Of a stretch of DNA of 64,000 bases, positions 1-12,463 are shown piece after piece. The notes beneath the pieces are model-generated. The model had not been told where the DNA came from, ran no database searches, and was given only the letters and a program-made list of their open reading frames with translations. The translations under genes and the position numbers were made by a program. The first letter of the stretch is position 1. Every line of letters starts with the position of its first letter. This stretch comes from Neoechinorhynchus agilis. Taxonomy: Eukaryota > Animalia > Acanthocephala. The DNA lies in NCBI GenBank assembly GCA_051530055.1, contig CM121343.1, forward strand, positions 2,822,389 through 2,886,388, read 5' to 3'.

Positions 1-590
1 CGATGTGGGTTTTAGGTTGATGCTTTCGGGCCACGCTGTCTCGTCTGCAGAAGGTCAGCAGGAAGGTTCTCACGCCATTCTGAAATCGATAACGCAATTT
101 CTCGGGCGTTGAGAACGGCGAACTTCCCGAACATCCTGGAACCCGCCCACCTCTGTAGACTAGACGGCCGTAGGCCCGATGGAATTTCGGTCTTCCCATG
201 GCGGGAGGGCAAATGCCTTCTCTGGGATGCCACATGTGTGGATACCCTTGCAGCCAGCAACATCCCCTACTCCCTCGAAATCGCCGGTGGTGCCGCCAGT
301 GCAGCGGAAGAGAGGAAAATACGGAAATATCTTCACTTATCGAGGGCTCACTATTTTGTCCCCTTTGGGGTAGAGACGTATGGAGCGCTCGGCAGCTCGG
401 CACTCTCTCTGCTCCAGGATCGCTCGAAGAAATTGAGAGAGGCAACCGGAGACTCAAGAGCAGGCGTATTCCTTCGACAAAATATCTCGCTAGCAGTATA
501 ACGGGGCAATGCTGCCAGCGTGATGGCGACGGTCGAGGAAGGACAAAAGCTGGAATTCGGCGGGAGGTGGTGAGTGTGTTAATTGTCGAG
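1..590 (+). mobile_element. 3' end of a CRE-clade non-LTR retrotransposon (restriction-like endonuclease domain), with a nonsense codon
   Basis: ORF 109-501 has RHSEI..., RPDG...WDAT and FVPFGVETYG motifs of the RLE domain. TAA at 499-501 replaces the CAA (Q of AVQRGNAASV) seen in the copy at ~6050. The element runs off the left edge of the window. Confidence 0.85.
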
Positions 591-1026
591 AAATGAAGAT
601 TGATTGAATACAATTGTAAACAGAGGAAAAAAATTCTCAATCATCCTTCGATTCCATCAATATATAAGCCGATCTCGCAGTATTTTCTGCATTTTGATCT
701 CTTATCCACCTTTGTCAATCGAAATTAAATCACCGCCATTATCACTCAATGAACGTACTATTGTGATGTTTTATAAAGCTTGTTATAGTGAAGAGAGATT
801 TGCGGAGTACAAGAAAATGCCGTCAAAAGCTGCTATGCACCATCTTTAATGATGAAATTTGTACTACGGGCGATCCCAAAGGAAAAGATAAACGACTCTA
901 AGGTCAAAAATCACTATTCTATAGGCTTCATGATTCTTTCTACAATTCTATTGCTTAACGAAAAATTTAAAAGGGGCAGCTAAAAATGAACTATGTAATA
1001 TCGCGATTAATAAAACGGGATATTTA

Positions 1027-1300
1027 TAATTTTAATGAACATACTCCCGGTCATAACCTATTCGATTTTGATTTATTGGAAATATTTCGAAGGAGGTAAT
1101 CCCGCCTCATCAGTCATTGTTTGCAAGTTTTCAGAAAAACAAAAGAAAAGGAAAATACTTGCAAACAATGACTGATGAGGCGAGGTTACCTCCTTCGAAA
1201 TATTTCCAATAAATCAAAATCAAATAGATTATGACCGGGAGTATGTTCATTAAAATTATACTTTGACTTACCCGAAGGATTTTCTATCAATGAAAACTGG
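1027..1300. mobile_element. Fold-back (palindromic) repeat, family A, with hammerhead-like cores in both arms
   Basis: ~105-bp inverted arms (about 1027-1132 and 1155-1260). CTGATGA at 1172-1178 and GAAA at 1197-1200 on +, mirrored on - at 1085-1113. Related copies at ~27440-27700, ~36085-36230 and ~32195-32230. Confidence 0.8.
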
Positions 1301-1999
1301 ATATAGCGGATCAAAGATTTTAAAATCATCTTTTCTATAAAAAAAGATGTTCATTTTTGTGTTCTTTGGTGATGAGAAGAATAGATATTGATTTATCGTT
1401 CCCAATATTTCGTGCGTTTCGTCGGACCGCAGGCCTAAAACGCAGAGGTAGGTCATATCCTGAGTTTGTAATCAAACGCGTTTCTTTCGTTTATACAAGT
1501 TTTCAACTCTGCATAAAATCGACTGCGCACTTTGATTCGTAGTTTCGAAACCGTTGTCGATTTGCTCTTTTTTGGGTGTTTTCACAAGAGCTCGAGCATT
1601 TCGGCTTATTGAGCTAAACGTGTAAGTTTATAAATGGATATTTGGCTTTTAATTGTTCTTTCAATAAGTGTTGTTATAGGGTTGAATTAATCAAATCTCT
1701 GAGTCTTGCGAAATATTGATACGCTTTTGATAAAAACGGTTCAAATGTCCAAATAAAAATTATGCGGCGAAATTTTACTAGTGAAAACTTAAATTCTGCA
1801 TTTTCTCCAATATAAAAATTCGAGTTTGTGAGCATTGATACTTTTCTGAATTTAGGGCCGTACATGAACATCTTTTTAAAAGACGAAGTATTTCCGTATT
1901 AAAGTTTTTCGCCATCATCCGCTTACTGAAATTATGTTCACACTTGGAATTGAATTTGACATTTCGATTTTTGAGTAATTTTCTCCTGTTTTTTCTAGA

Positions 2000-4900
2000 A
2001 GCGAAGGTGGAGGACGTGAAGAAAGCTATCGCGAAACGGAGTATCAAATGGAACGAAAGTTTTCAATATCGTTATAATTTTGAATTACTAAGCTTTTCTA
2101 ACGAGAACAATCATCTTATTCAATTCATGGTCGATAAACATGTTTTTATTAATTGTTTTACGCGGAAATTTTGTCCATAAAGTCGTTTTTACCTCTTGTC
2201 TTTAATTTTATCGTTTTGTGTTCTTTTGAAATTGCAAAAGTCAATTACAATTTTATATATCCGCATTTTATGTTCATTTTTAAATTGGTGCAAATTTGAA
2301 AAATATGTTATAAAGCCATCAAAAAATGCGTTCGACGATTAAATGTTTTTTAATACTAAAAGTTGTGATTTCTAATAGATACAAAAAACGTAGCTGAAGC
2401 GAACACGTTGAACCTTTTCCAAAACAACGAAATCAAAAGATTTCCTCGAATTTGAGAGATCGAACATTGGATTCGGATTGAATAACAAAAGATTTCATTC
2501 TTCGTGCAACCCGTTTATCCGATTTTCTACCTAAATAAAAAAGCTTTTAAAATGCTAATATCGTTATTAGAACATTGTTATTTCAAAAGTTACAAATAAA
2601 TATATCCTAAAATGTTCAACAACTAGAAAAACTTTTTGACCAATCGGTGAACAGATTTGCATTCACTTAATTGAGATCATTTCATTAAATAAATTTAAGA
2701 GCACGTCTCCAAGTTCAGCTTTGCTCAATATCTAAAGTGTAACGCAAGCGCAAAACGTTGAAATCTTCGGTTTGCACACTTTGAAATTGTGGCATGAAAC
2801 ACGCAAACGATTGAAAGTAACGCGAAAACCACCTAGAAAACTACTTTAATCTTAATAACATTTAAAAAAATAAAATTCCCAACAACAATTGCACACAGCA
2901 GCATAATAAATATTGCCGTCCACATTATGTACAAAATGCAACGGTCACCATCTGAACCATCTTCTTGTGTTGTTGAAGTCTTAGATTTTCTCATTTTTCC
3001 AGAATTTGGGTTTTTCAATTTTTTATTAACTTTGGATATAGCCGTATATTTATTTTCGATGTTTGATGTTGGATTGACTTCTTCTTTTTGCTTCAAACCC
3101 CCAATAATCATAATTTTACTGTTGTCCTGATTGATGACTTCATCTACGATTTTTTTCCAGCCTTCGCGATAGTCTTGCCACGTTTTCTTATTTTCATGAT
3201 GGGAGGATAGTTTCAAGTCACTATCTTTATGGTTGTTGCTGATATCAACTTTCTCTTTTAACTCCGTAGCCCCACAAAAGCATTTTACTAATGCTCGCAA
3301 TATTCCACGAAATCCTTTTAATTTTTTGGTCTCCTTAGTGTTCCCACCATTGCTAATTTCACTTAGTTTTGTATCACTGCTCTGCTTAAGACAAAAGCAT
3401 TTTCTCATCACTAAACGAAAAGATGTTAAGAAAAAAATATAAATTTTATACTAACTTTTCATTTTACTAGTATTAAAGCCGCAATATTACAGAAGTGAAA
3501 CGTTTAAGGATGAAAAGTTTCCATAGTGATGCAAATTTTTTTCTTGAATTCTGATTGGACAGATTTTAATCTTATTAATCTTGCGCATTGGGAAGAAGAG
3601 AACTTGATTGTTTCAAGCTTAAACTTAAAGCGATTATCGAAGGCCTATGATAGTTCAATATTTCTTCGATCTTTTTAGTTTGAAACTCAATATTAAAATT
3701 CATTCGAACTAATTTTATGTTTACGGTCGTCAGGTTACGTTCACTGATCTTTAGAAATGGAATATATCCGTTTTGTGTTTCTACCAAGAATTAGAGGTCA
3801 AAGCTTTTTAAAAAGGTTGGATCTTGTAAAAATTAAGTCCAGGTCATGAATATATAGCGATGTAGCATTTTGATCTTTTAATGTTTGCTTCTATCAATGA
3901 TTTTTGCGAGAGGTGAACTTTTTGAGTCAAATGCAAAAAATCTGAGCACGATATTTTGTTTTATTCGATATTACAAAACTACTTCGAACGCTGTTTTGCA
4001 ATTTTGTCTTTCTTCTATAAGGCTCATTTCGGTTTCGATCAATTGAATTTTTTCAGCGTACTGAAAAAACCCATTTTAAGTGACTTGTTTTTCTATAATA
4101 GCGAAATCGATGATGATCATGATTTCGACAAGTAAACTTTAAATATTTTGCATTTCGTTTCGTATTTACGAATTGCCGTCCGTTCCCTTGGCTAGGGTTT
4201 CGCTGGGCTGCAGGCAGATACAGTAGGAAACTCAATAATCCATTCATGAACGTCACTATTTAGATGACGATCCATTTGGCTAGGCATGAATTTATTACCC
4301 AGTTATCAAACAATTTACAATGTTGTTATTAAAAGATCAGTCTTTTAGAGTTGAGTATTCTATTTTTATATCGTTGTACACCATTTCGAAGTGCCTTTTA
4401 TTGTTTGGGTTTTATTCGTTTGCTGTTGCCCCCTTTTTTGAGAATTCTTCATTGTTGCTATTCCTGCAGGAGCTACGACCCATGTAGTTTCCACGATTTC
4501 AGCGTTGTTGCCTCTGGCACCACCGTCTGCCCGAAAAAACAGCGAATACCAACAAGGACTGCTCGGCTGCGGTATTTGCAACATTCCGCGCAGTTCGCTG
4601 TCCAATGGAGAGGAGCTTCAGGCGGGGGAGTAAAGAGTTGCTAAATGTTCCCCGGAATCCCACTGCTGGACTGATAGTCGAGAATTTATTCTCCTGCACG
4701 TTTAGTTCTCTTGTAACTACTGGTACAATGGGTGCAGATCCTTCAAAGAAGCATCTCAATATTTTGGTTTTTAATTTCAAGAAGTCTGAAAGATGAATTA
4801 GTTAAATCATTGAGTTTAAGGATGGAGCGTAGTCTTTACTAAGCGGTGTTTTCTCATTTTTACTTCGATTTGTAAATGAGAAATCGATTTCGTCGAGAAA

Positions 4901-5335
4901 TTCTAAATGCTTTCATCAGTGCGATGAATGATTTTGAAGTCCAGGAAAGCCGAAAAGGTTGAAAAATAAAACTAAAATATTGTTTTGGACAATCATAAAC
5001 ATATTTCCGTTACGTACTTACCTAGGAAGTTTCGTTCTCGTATAAAAGAACAAAGGCAAAACAAGAGTGTCTTGTTGGTTAGTTACGCATTCACAGTTGA
5101 AAAAACTTGCAAACAGTGAGTATTGGCCATAGGCCAAAGCCCGATGACGACGAAGGATGCGATTGCATCTCAGAGGGCAATTAATAAAAAAATGAAGATA
5201 ATCCGTTTGATGGTTTCAAAGTGGACGAGGATTGTCGCATTCATCGGCGTTGTTTTCTCGGATTGCTTTTGTTTTTTGTACGAGATCATTTTATTCACGA
5301 AATTTAATCTTTTTAACTCGGTACAAAAAGTGCAT
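2000..5335 (+). repeat. Left arm of ~3.3-kb inverted segmental duplication
   Basis: Reverse complement of ~9160-12463. The same ORF fragments appear on opposite strands (e.g. 4605-4796 + vs 9697-9882 -; 2833-3411 - vs 11164-11610 +). Confidence 0.95.
2833..3411 (-). CDS. Hypothetical Lys-rich protein with a C-terminal hydrophobic (tail-anchor-like) segment
   Basis: 192-aa uninterrupted ORF with KCFC twice and a C-terminal CILYIMWTAIFIMLLCAIVVG. No family recognised. Confidence 0.4.
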   Translation of the reverse strand: MMRKCFCLKQSSDTKLSEISNGGNTKETKKLKGFRGILRALVKCFCGATELKEKVDISNNHKDSDLKLSSHHENKKTWQDYREGWKKIVDEVINQDNSKIMIIGGLKQKEEVNPTSNIENKYTAISKVNKKLKNPNSGKMRKSKTSTTQEDGSDGDRCILYIMWTAIFIMLLCAIVVGNFIFLNVIKIKVVF

Positions 5336-5679
5336 TTGTAAGTGATGTTTTAGTATTATCAAAAGTTTTATATTATTAATCGATCGGCAATAAAATATCA
5401 GACACGCGATTTTTTCACAGCTGATTGATTGTCTGATCTCTAACGCATAAATTACCATTATTTCCTCGTACTTTCTTAAAGGTCTGTATTACATTTTCGT
5501 TACATTATTAAATCTCTTTCATGCTTTTTTTGGATTCGTAGCTTTGAAGAGAGATTGATAATTGATTCCTTCGTAAAATCATTAGCCTTCCTCGTATTGT
5601 TTTGAACGTTTATTGAGCTGAAAATTTTTTCATGAATATTACAAAAAAAAGCTTTATTGAGCATGTTTTTTCAGAATAA

Positions 5680-5945
5680 TTTTATTAAAATTCACCGGTT
5701 ACACACGCTACAACAAAACGTTTCAACAATCACCACCGTCCACGAAGAAGAGGCATCGCTGTCCCCTCAGTGGTCGCGAACACACTCGCTGCGCTTCCTC
5801 TTATCTATCGGTAGACCAATGTTTTGGCGTAGGAAGGCACCAGCTCTTGTATTTCCTGTCTTGACCTGGAGTCTACTCGATAACTCCTTCGTAAACCTAA
5901 GTGCCGTGCTACCGAGCGCACTAACAGTCTCCACTCCACGCTGTT
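5680..5945 (-). mobile_element. Diverged 3' fragment of a second CRE-like element
   Basis: Translates GVETVSALGSTALRFTKELSSRLQVKTGNTRAGAFLRQNIGL, homologous to the RLE tail. It shares the GGACGGTGGTGATTG end motif with the larger copy and has AATAAA near 5682. Confidence 0.75.
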
Positions 5946-8900
5946 TTATTTGTAAAACATAATAAAGTTCCAAACGTGCAATCACCACCGTCCGCAAAAT
6001 TGGAGCTTCTCTCCTTCCTCGCCTATCGGTATCACGCTAGCAGCATTGCCTCGTTGTACTGCAGGCGAGATATTTTGTCGCAGGAATACACCTACTCGTG
6101 CGTCACCGGTCGTTTCTCTTAATTTCTTCGAGAGATCTTGGAGCAGAGTGCCGAGCTGCCAAGCGCCTCATACGACTCTACTCCGAAGGGACAAAATAGT
6201 GGGCCCTTGCTAATTCTCCATATTTTCGTACCTGCCTCTGGCGTCCCAGAGAAGGCATTTGTCCTCCCGTCACGGAAAGGACAAAATTCCGTCTGGTCGG
6301 CGACCGTCTAGTCGACAAAGATGGGCGGGTTCCAAGATGTTGGGGAGGTTCGCCGTTCTCAACGCCCGAGAAATTACGCTGTTGATCTCAGAATGACGTG
6401 AGAACCTTCCTCCTGACCTTCTGCAGACAAGACCGTGTCGCCCGAGAGCATCAACCAAAGACCCACATCGACAGCGATGGGGCGTGCATATCGGGAGACC
6501 AAGTCTTAAGAACACTGCGATCCTCGTTACCTCATCAGTGAGAAGAGTTCACACAGATGTCAGAGGAACAGCCTCCAACCACGGCCCCGATTCTCGTGTC
6601 GAAACTGCCAACAATCTAGCTCGGACGACTCTATCACGAGAACCTGGAAGTAGAGAGCTGTGAGCTCTCGCGACAAGAGGTCCGTCCCAGATCGACTGTC
6701 TGAGGCTATTCACGGGAACATGGTTAGCGCCTGTCTGCTGGCACCATTGCTCGACCGCCACCACGAAATCCCGGTCAAGGCAGAACTTTTACTTCAAAAT
6801 GTTCTTCGAGAATGGTAGGCTCCCCTCAAACGATCCAAGAAAGGGCGGCAAAGCAAGGTCGACTAGTGCCCGAATTCCCAATCCCTTGGATGACACAGGC
6901 AATGAAGCTTGTCGCCACACCTCATCTGAGCGCTGGAAATTTAAAATACGCTCGAGACAAGCCCTCGCCTTGTTGTCGAGCTTAGCCAATCCTTCCTTAT
7001 GTTTGAAGAATGTTGCTGTGCGGACCTTATATAACAATTTGGGGATAAAGAGTGCGTTCTTTATAAGAAATAACGTCTCGTGAGCCGAGCGAGCGCTCAC
7101 CCTATCGCACAGCAACGAAAGTTTCGGTATGATACGGCCGATCTCAGCTTCCACATTTGAATCAAAGACGCAACTACCCAGGAGGCTGAGTTGCTCTGGA
7201 GTCACGAGTTTCAGACCTGAAGCTACGGCTTCGAACCCATCCATTAGCTCCTTGACTTTGGTGGCGTCTTCGATATTTATTACTAGAAGCTCACACTTTC
7301 CATCATTGAGCTCAACGCCCAATCTCGCAGTCTCCCTCATCAGCGTCTCCAAATCGCGCAGTACAACGAAGGGATCACCTCCGAGCGTAGCGTCATCCAA
7401 GTGCCAAGAATTGAAGCTGGATTGGAGAGAGTGCGCTATTGGATTTACTGTTAGAGAGAATGCGGTTGGACCGAGAGGATCTCCTTGCTGCACTCCTCTT
7501 TCGGACCAAATGAGACGGTCCTCGAAAAGCAAAGGAGTCGCATTCGCGTAGGCATTGAGAAAATACTAAAAGGCTTCTGGTGCGTGATCCCTAATAGAGC
7601 AGAACATGCTTTCTCTATTGAGAGAGTTAAAGGCGTTCCGAAAATCACACTTAAGAATCACGCGCGGCTCTGAGCTTCTCGTAGCAAAGTTTCGGAGCGA
7701 GTGGACAACAGCTTCCGCCCCGCAGGATGTGCAGCAGCCCAGTTGGACTGGGCGTAGTTGTTGCGCGGTTTTCTCTGTGATACGTTTACAGAAAATTTTT
7801 CCTTCAAGTCGGCGTATCGTCGAAGATACGGCGATGGGACGGATCCCACTTTCTTTTTTTGTGAGCGCACACAATGAGGCTTCGAAAAATAGGTCTTTTG
7901 CAGCGGGATTCAGGTCCTCTCCAGTCAGGCCGTCGACTACCCGAAAATGCGCACTTCTTAGAGAGAGAGCTGCTTCACCCGTTGTAAAGGAAATCATGTC
8001 CTTTAGGTGCTGAGGCCCTTGCCCGTCAAGCCCGTGACCCGAACCATTTGCAAAAGATGAAATGGCCTTTTGCAACTCTGAAATTTGAGTGGGCGTCCTG
8101 TCTTGTATGGGAGGAGATGGAATTTCAAAACTTCCGCTACTACATGGGTGCTTCGACCGAAGTATTTGTGGGGTCTCGCTGTCTCCTCGTGCAAAACTGT
8201 CGGAGGATGACAATAACCGAACAGCCTCCCGAACATCTCCGTCCGCAAGATTCGAAGAGACACGTTCAGTCAGTGATCGCTTTGAAAAACGGCAGCGAAA
8301 CTCTTCCTTCGTGCGTCCCTTACGAACCTCGCGGAGATTCCTTTCAAAATTGTTAAAAATTTGTTCAAAGGAGGCTAACCTTTCCTCTATTGTTGATGTC
8401 AAAGACACCCCAGAATCACCGCTGGCGCAGAGGATTAAGCGCGGGAAAGCGAAGAGCCCTGTCCATGAAGGCGCACAGTTCGTTTGAAGGCAATCGTTGA
8501 GCAATCCCGTAAATGCTTTGGCGACCAGATATCGCTTGCCTTTAGGGATCCGTTTCAGGACGTTCCTGGGCAGAAACCGCACGATATCAGGTATCGAAAT
8601 AGAATCAGTGGTGATCTGAGGGGTCTCAGGCACGAAAGGTTCGGTTAATTGTGGTGGAGAACCAGACCCACTACAGCGGAGATACCGGGGACCATGGACA
8701 AACGAAACCCCCAGATTGGTTAATTTGAAAGACTTACCGCAAACCGGACACAAACCAGTAGAGACGCGTGGGAGCCCGGCAGCGTTGATCTTCTCAGGTT
8801 GAACGTAATCGACGAGTGGCGCATTCAAATTATCTGCGTCAGCAGCGTCGATTGTAGGCGATTTGAACACATTGTGACGTAATTTGGAATTTCGGCAAAA

Positions 8901-8996
8901 CCTATCCGATGCTGAGATCGTCCTGAGCCTTCTTGGAGGTATAGGCCTGGGAGGTGAATCTGATCCGTCGCTATATCCATCGTCTGATTTCGTCAT
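5946..8996 (-). mobile_element. Near full-length but disrupted CRE-clade non-LTR retrotransposon (Zn finger - RT - CCHC - RLE)
   Basis: N-terminal CPVCG...H...C; RT motifs GIRPIAV, CDFRNAFNS, GVQQGDPLGP, WHLDD, GLGIR; then CRCG...HGLVC and RPDG. At least three frameshifts or stops (~7560, ~6780, ~6270). Short 3' UTR with AATAAA at ~5950. Confidence 0.9.
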
Positions 8997-9159
8997 ATTC
9001 GTTTTTGGTCAATTGCGAAAGTTTGATACGCTATTTTCTTATTTGTAAGCTTTTCTCGAGATGTTGTTCGCAAGTGATCAAACTGTAAAAGTTTTTTATT
9101 CGCAGAAAAAATTTGTCTTTCCAATTTTCCAATTGCTTGTAAGTGTTCTACAAGCACCT

Positions 9160-12100
9160 TTTGTACCGAGTTCAAAAAATTAAATTTCGGTAGTAAAATG
9201 ATCCGGTCCAAAAAACTGAAGCAATCCGAGAAAACAACGCCGGTGAATGCGACAATCCTCGTCCACTTTGAAACCATCAAACGGATTATCTTTATTTTTT
9301 ACTAATTGCCCTCTGAGATGCAATCGCATCCTTCGTCGTCATCGGGCTTTGGCTTTTGGCCAATACTCACTGTTTGCAAGTTTTTTCACTTGTGAACGCG
9401 AATTGACTCTGGACGACACTCTTGTTTTGTCCTTTTCCTTTTATACGAGAACGAAACTTCCTAGGTAAGTACGTAACGGAAATACGTTTATGATTGTCTA
9501 AAACAATATTTAAGTTTTATTTTTCAACCTTTTCGGCTTTCCTGGACTTCAAAATCATTCATCGCACTGATGAAAGCATTTAGAATTTCTCGACGAAATC
9601 GATTTCTCATTTACAAATCGAAGTAAAAATGAGAAAACACCGCTTAGTAAAGACTACGCTCCATCCTTAAACTCAATGATTTAACTAATTCATCTTTCAG
9701 ACTTCTTCAGAGTAGAAAACCAAAATATTGAGATGCTTCTTTGAAGGATCTGCACCCATTGTACCAGTAGTTACAAGAGAACTAAACGTGCAGGAGAATA
9801 AATTCTCGACTATCAGTCCAGCAGTGGGATTCCGGGGAACATTTAGCAACTCTTTACTCCCCCGCCTGAAGCTCCTCTCCATTGGACAGCGAACTGCGCG
9901 GAATGTTGCAAATACCGCAGCCGAGCAGTCCTTGTTGGTATTCGCTGTTTTTTCGGGCAGACGGTGGTGCCAGAGGCAACAACGCTGAAATCGGGGAAAC
10001 TACATGGATCGTAGCTCCTGTAGGAATAGCAACAATGAAGAATTCTCAAAAAAAAGGGGCAACAGCAAACGATTAAAAACCCAAACAATAAAAGTACCCC
10101 CCGAAATGGTAACGATATAAAAGAGAGTCACCCAATCCTAAAAGACTGATCTTTTAATAACAACATTGTAAAGTATTTGATAACTGGGTAATAAATTCAT
10201 GCCTAGCCAAATGGATCGTCATCTAAATAGTGACGTTCATGAATGGATTATTGAGTTTCCTACTGTATCTGCCTGCAGCCCAGCGAAACCCTAGCCAAGG
10301 GAACGGACGGCAATTCGTAAATACGAAACGAAATGCAAAATATTTAAAGTTTACTTGTCGAAATCATGATCATCATCGATTTCGCTACTATAGAAAAACA
10401 AGTCACTTAAAATGGGTTTTTTCAGTACACAGAAAAAATATCATTGATCAAAACCAAAATGAGCCTTATAGAAGAAAGACAAAATTGCAAAACAGCGCTC
10501 GAAGTAGTTTTGTAATATCGAATAAAACAAAATATTGTGCTCAGATTTTTTGTATTTGACTCAAAAAGTTTAACTCTCGCTAAAATCATTGACAGATGCA
10601 AACATTAAAAGATCAAAATGCTACATCGCTATATATTCATGACCTAGACTTAATTTTTCAGAGATCCAACCTTTTTAAAAAGCTTTGACCTCTAATTCGC
10701 AGATATAGAAACCCAAAACGATATATTCCATTTCTAAAGATCGTGCCGAACGTAACCTGACGACCGTAACATAAAATTAGTTTCGAATGAATTTTGGTAT
10801 TGAGTTTCAAACTAAAAGATCGAAGAAACGCTGAACTATCATATAGCTCCTTGGATAATCGCCTTAAGCTGTTTGCCACCGTTTTCTTCCCAATGCGCAA
10901 GGTTAATAAGATTAAAATCTCGTCCAATCGAATCAAGAAAAATTTGCATCACTATGAAACTCTCATCCTTAAACGTTTCACTTGTAATATCGCGCCTAAT
11001 ACTCATAAAACAGTGCTGCTATAAAAACTTGTTTTTCAATATTTTTCGTTTAGTGATGAGAAAATGCTTTTGTCTTACGCAGAGGCGATACAAAACGTAA
11101 GGTAAAATTAGCAATGGTGGGAACACTAAGGAGACCAAAAAATTAAAAGGATTTCGTGGAATATTGCGAGCATTAGTAAAATGCTTTTGTGGGGCTACGG
11201 AGTTAAAAGAGAAAGTTGATATCAGCAACAACCATAAAGATAGTGATTTGAACCTATCCTCCCATCATGAAAACAAGAAAACGTGGCAAGACTATCGCGA
11301 AGGCTGGAAAAAAATCGTAGATGAAGTCATCAATCAGGACAACAGTAAAATTATGATTATTGGGGGTTTGAAGCAAAAAGAAGAAGTCAATCCAACATCA
11401 AACATCGAAAATAAATATACGGCTATATCCAAAGTTAATAAAAAATTGAAAAACCCAAATTCTGGAAAAATGAGAAAATCTAAGACTTCAACAACACAAG
11501 AAGATGATTCAGATGGTGACCGTTGCATTTTGTACATAATGTGGACGGCAATATTTATTATGCTGCTGTGTGCAATTGTTGTTGGGAGCACATTTTTTAA
11601 ATGTTATTAAGATTAAAGTAGTTTCTAAATTGGTTTTCGCGTTACTTTCAATCGTTTGCGTGTTTCGCCTTTGTTCGAAATTAATGACAAAGTTTCCCGG
11701 CGTTTTTGCGCTTAACGTTACACTTTAGAAATTGAGCAAAAGCTGAACTTGGAGACGTGCTCTTAAATTTATTTAATGAAATGATCTCAATTAAGTGAAT
11801 GCAAATCTGTTCACCGATTGGTCAAAAAGTTTTTCTAGTTGTTAGCATTTTAGGATATATTTATTTCGCAACTTTTGAAATAACGCAATGTTCTAATAAC
11901 GATATTAGCATTTTAAAAGCTTTTTTATTTAGGTAGAAAATCGGATAAACGGGTTGCACGAAGAATGAAATCTTTTGTTATTCAATCCGAATCCAATGTT
12001 CGATCTCTCAAATTCGAGGAAATCTTTTGATTTCGTTGTTTTGGAAAAGGTTCAACGTGTTCGCTTCAGCTGCGTTTTTTGTATCTATTAAAAATCACAC

Positions 12101-12463
12101 CTTTTGGTATTAAAAAACATTTAATCGTCGAACGCATTTTTGGAAGGCTTTATAACATATTTTTCAAATTTGCACCAATTTAAAAATGAACATAAAATGC
12201 GGATATATAAAATTGTAATTGACTTTTGCAATTTCAAAAGAACACAAAACGATAAAATTAAAGACAGGAGGTCAAAATGGCTTTATGGACAAAACTTCCG
12301 CGTAAAACAATTAATAAAAACATGTTTATCGACCATGAATTGAATAAGATGATTGTTCTCGTTAGAAAAGCTTAGTAATTCAAAATTATAACGATATTGA
12401 AAACTTTCGTTCCATTTGATCCTCCGTTTCGCGATAGCTTTCTTCACGTCCTCCACCTTCGCT
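9160..12463 (-). repeat. Right arm of ~3.3-kb inverted segmental duplication
   Basis: Reverse complement of 2000-5335. It continues leftward into the CRE ORF start (8996) and rightward into the RTE remnant. Confidence 0.95.
11056..11610 (+). pseudogene. Frameshifted copy of the 192-aa tail-anchored ORF
   Basis: Near-identical core to 2833-3411, but the N-terminus is out of frame (~11080-11100) and the C-terminus is altered. Confidence 0.5.

Noticed and set aside
2000-2052. AKVEDVKKAIAKR as a ubiquitin-like or TECR exon
   Set aside because: The copy at 12410-12463 is continuous with the RTE thumb region, so it is retroelement sequence.
5015-5030. U1 snRNA (TACTTACCT)
   Set aside because: No U1 stem-loops or Sm site follow; better explained as a - strand splice donor (AG|GTAAGT). 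An SL-RNA reading was also dropped for lack of an Sm site.
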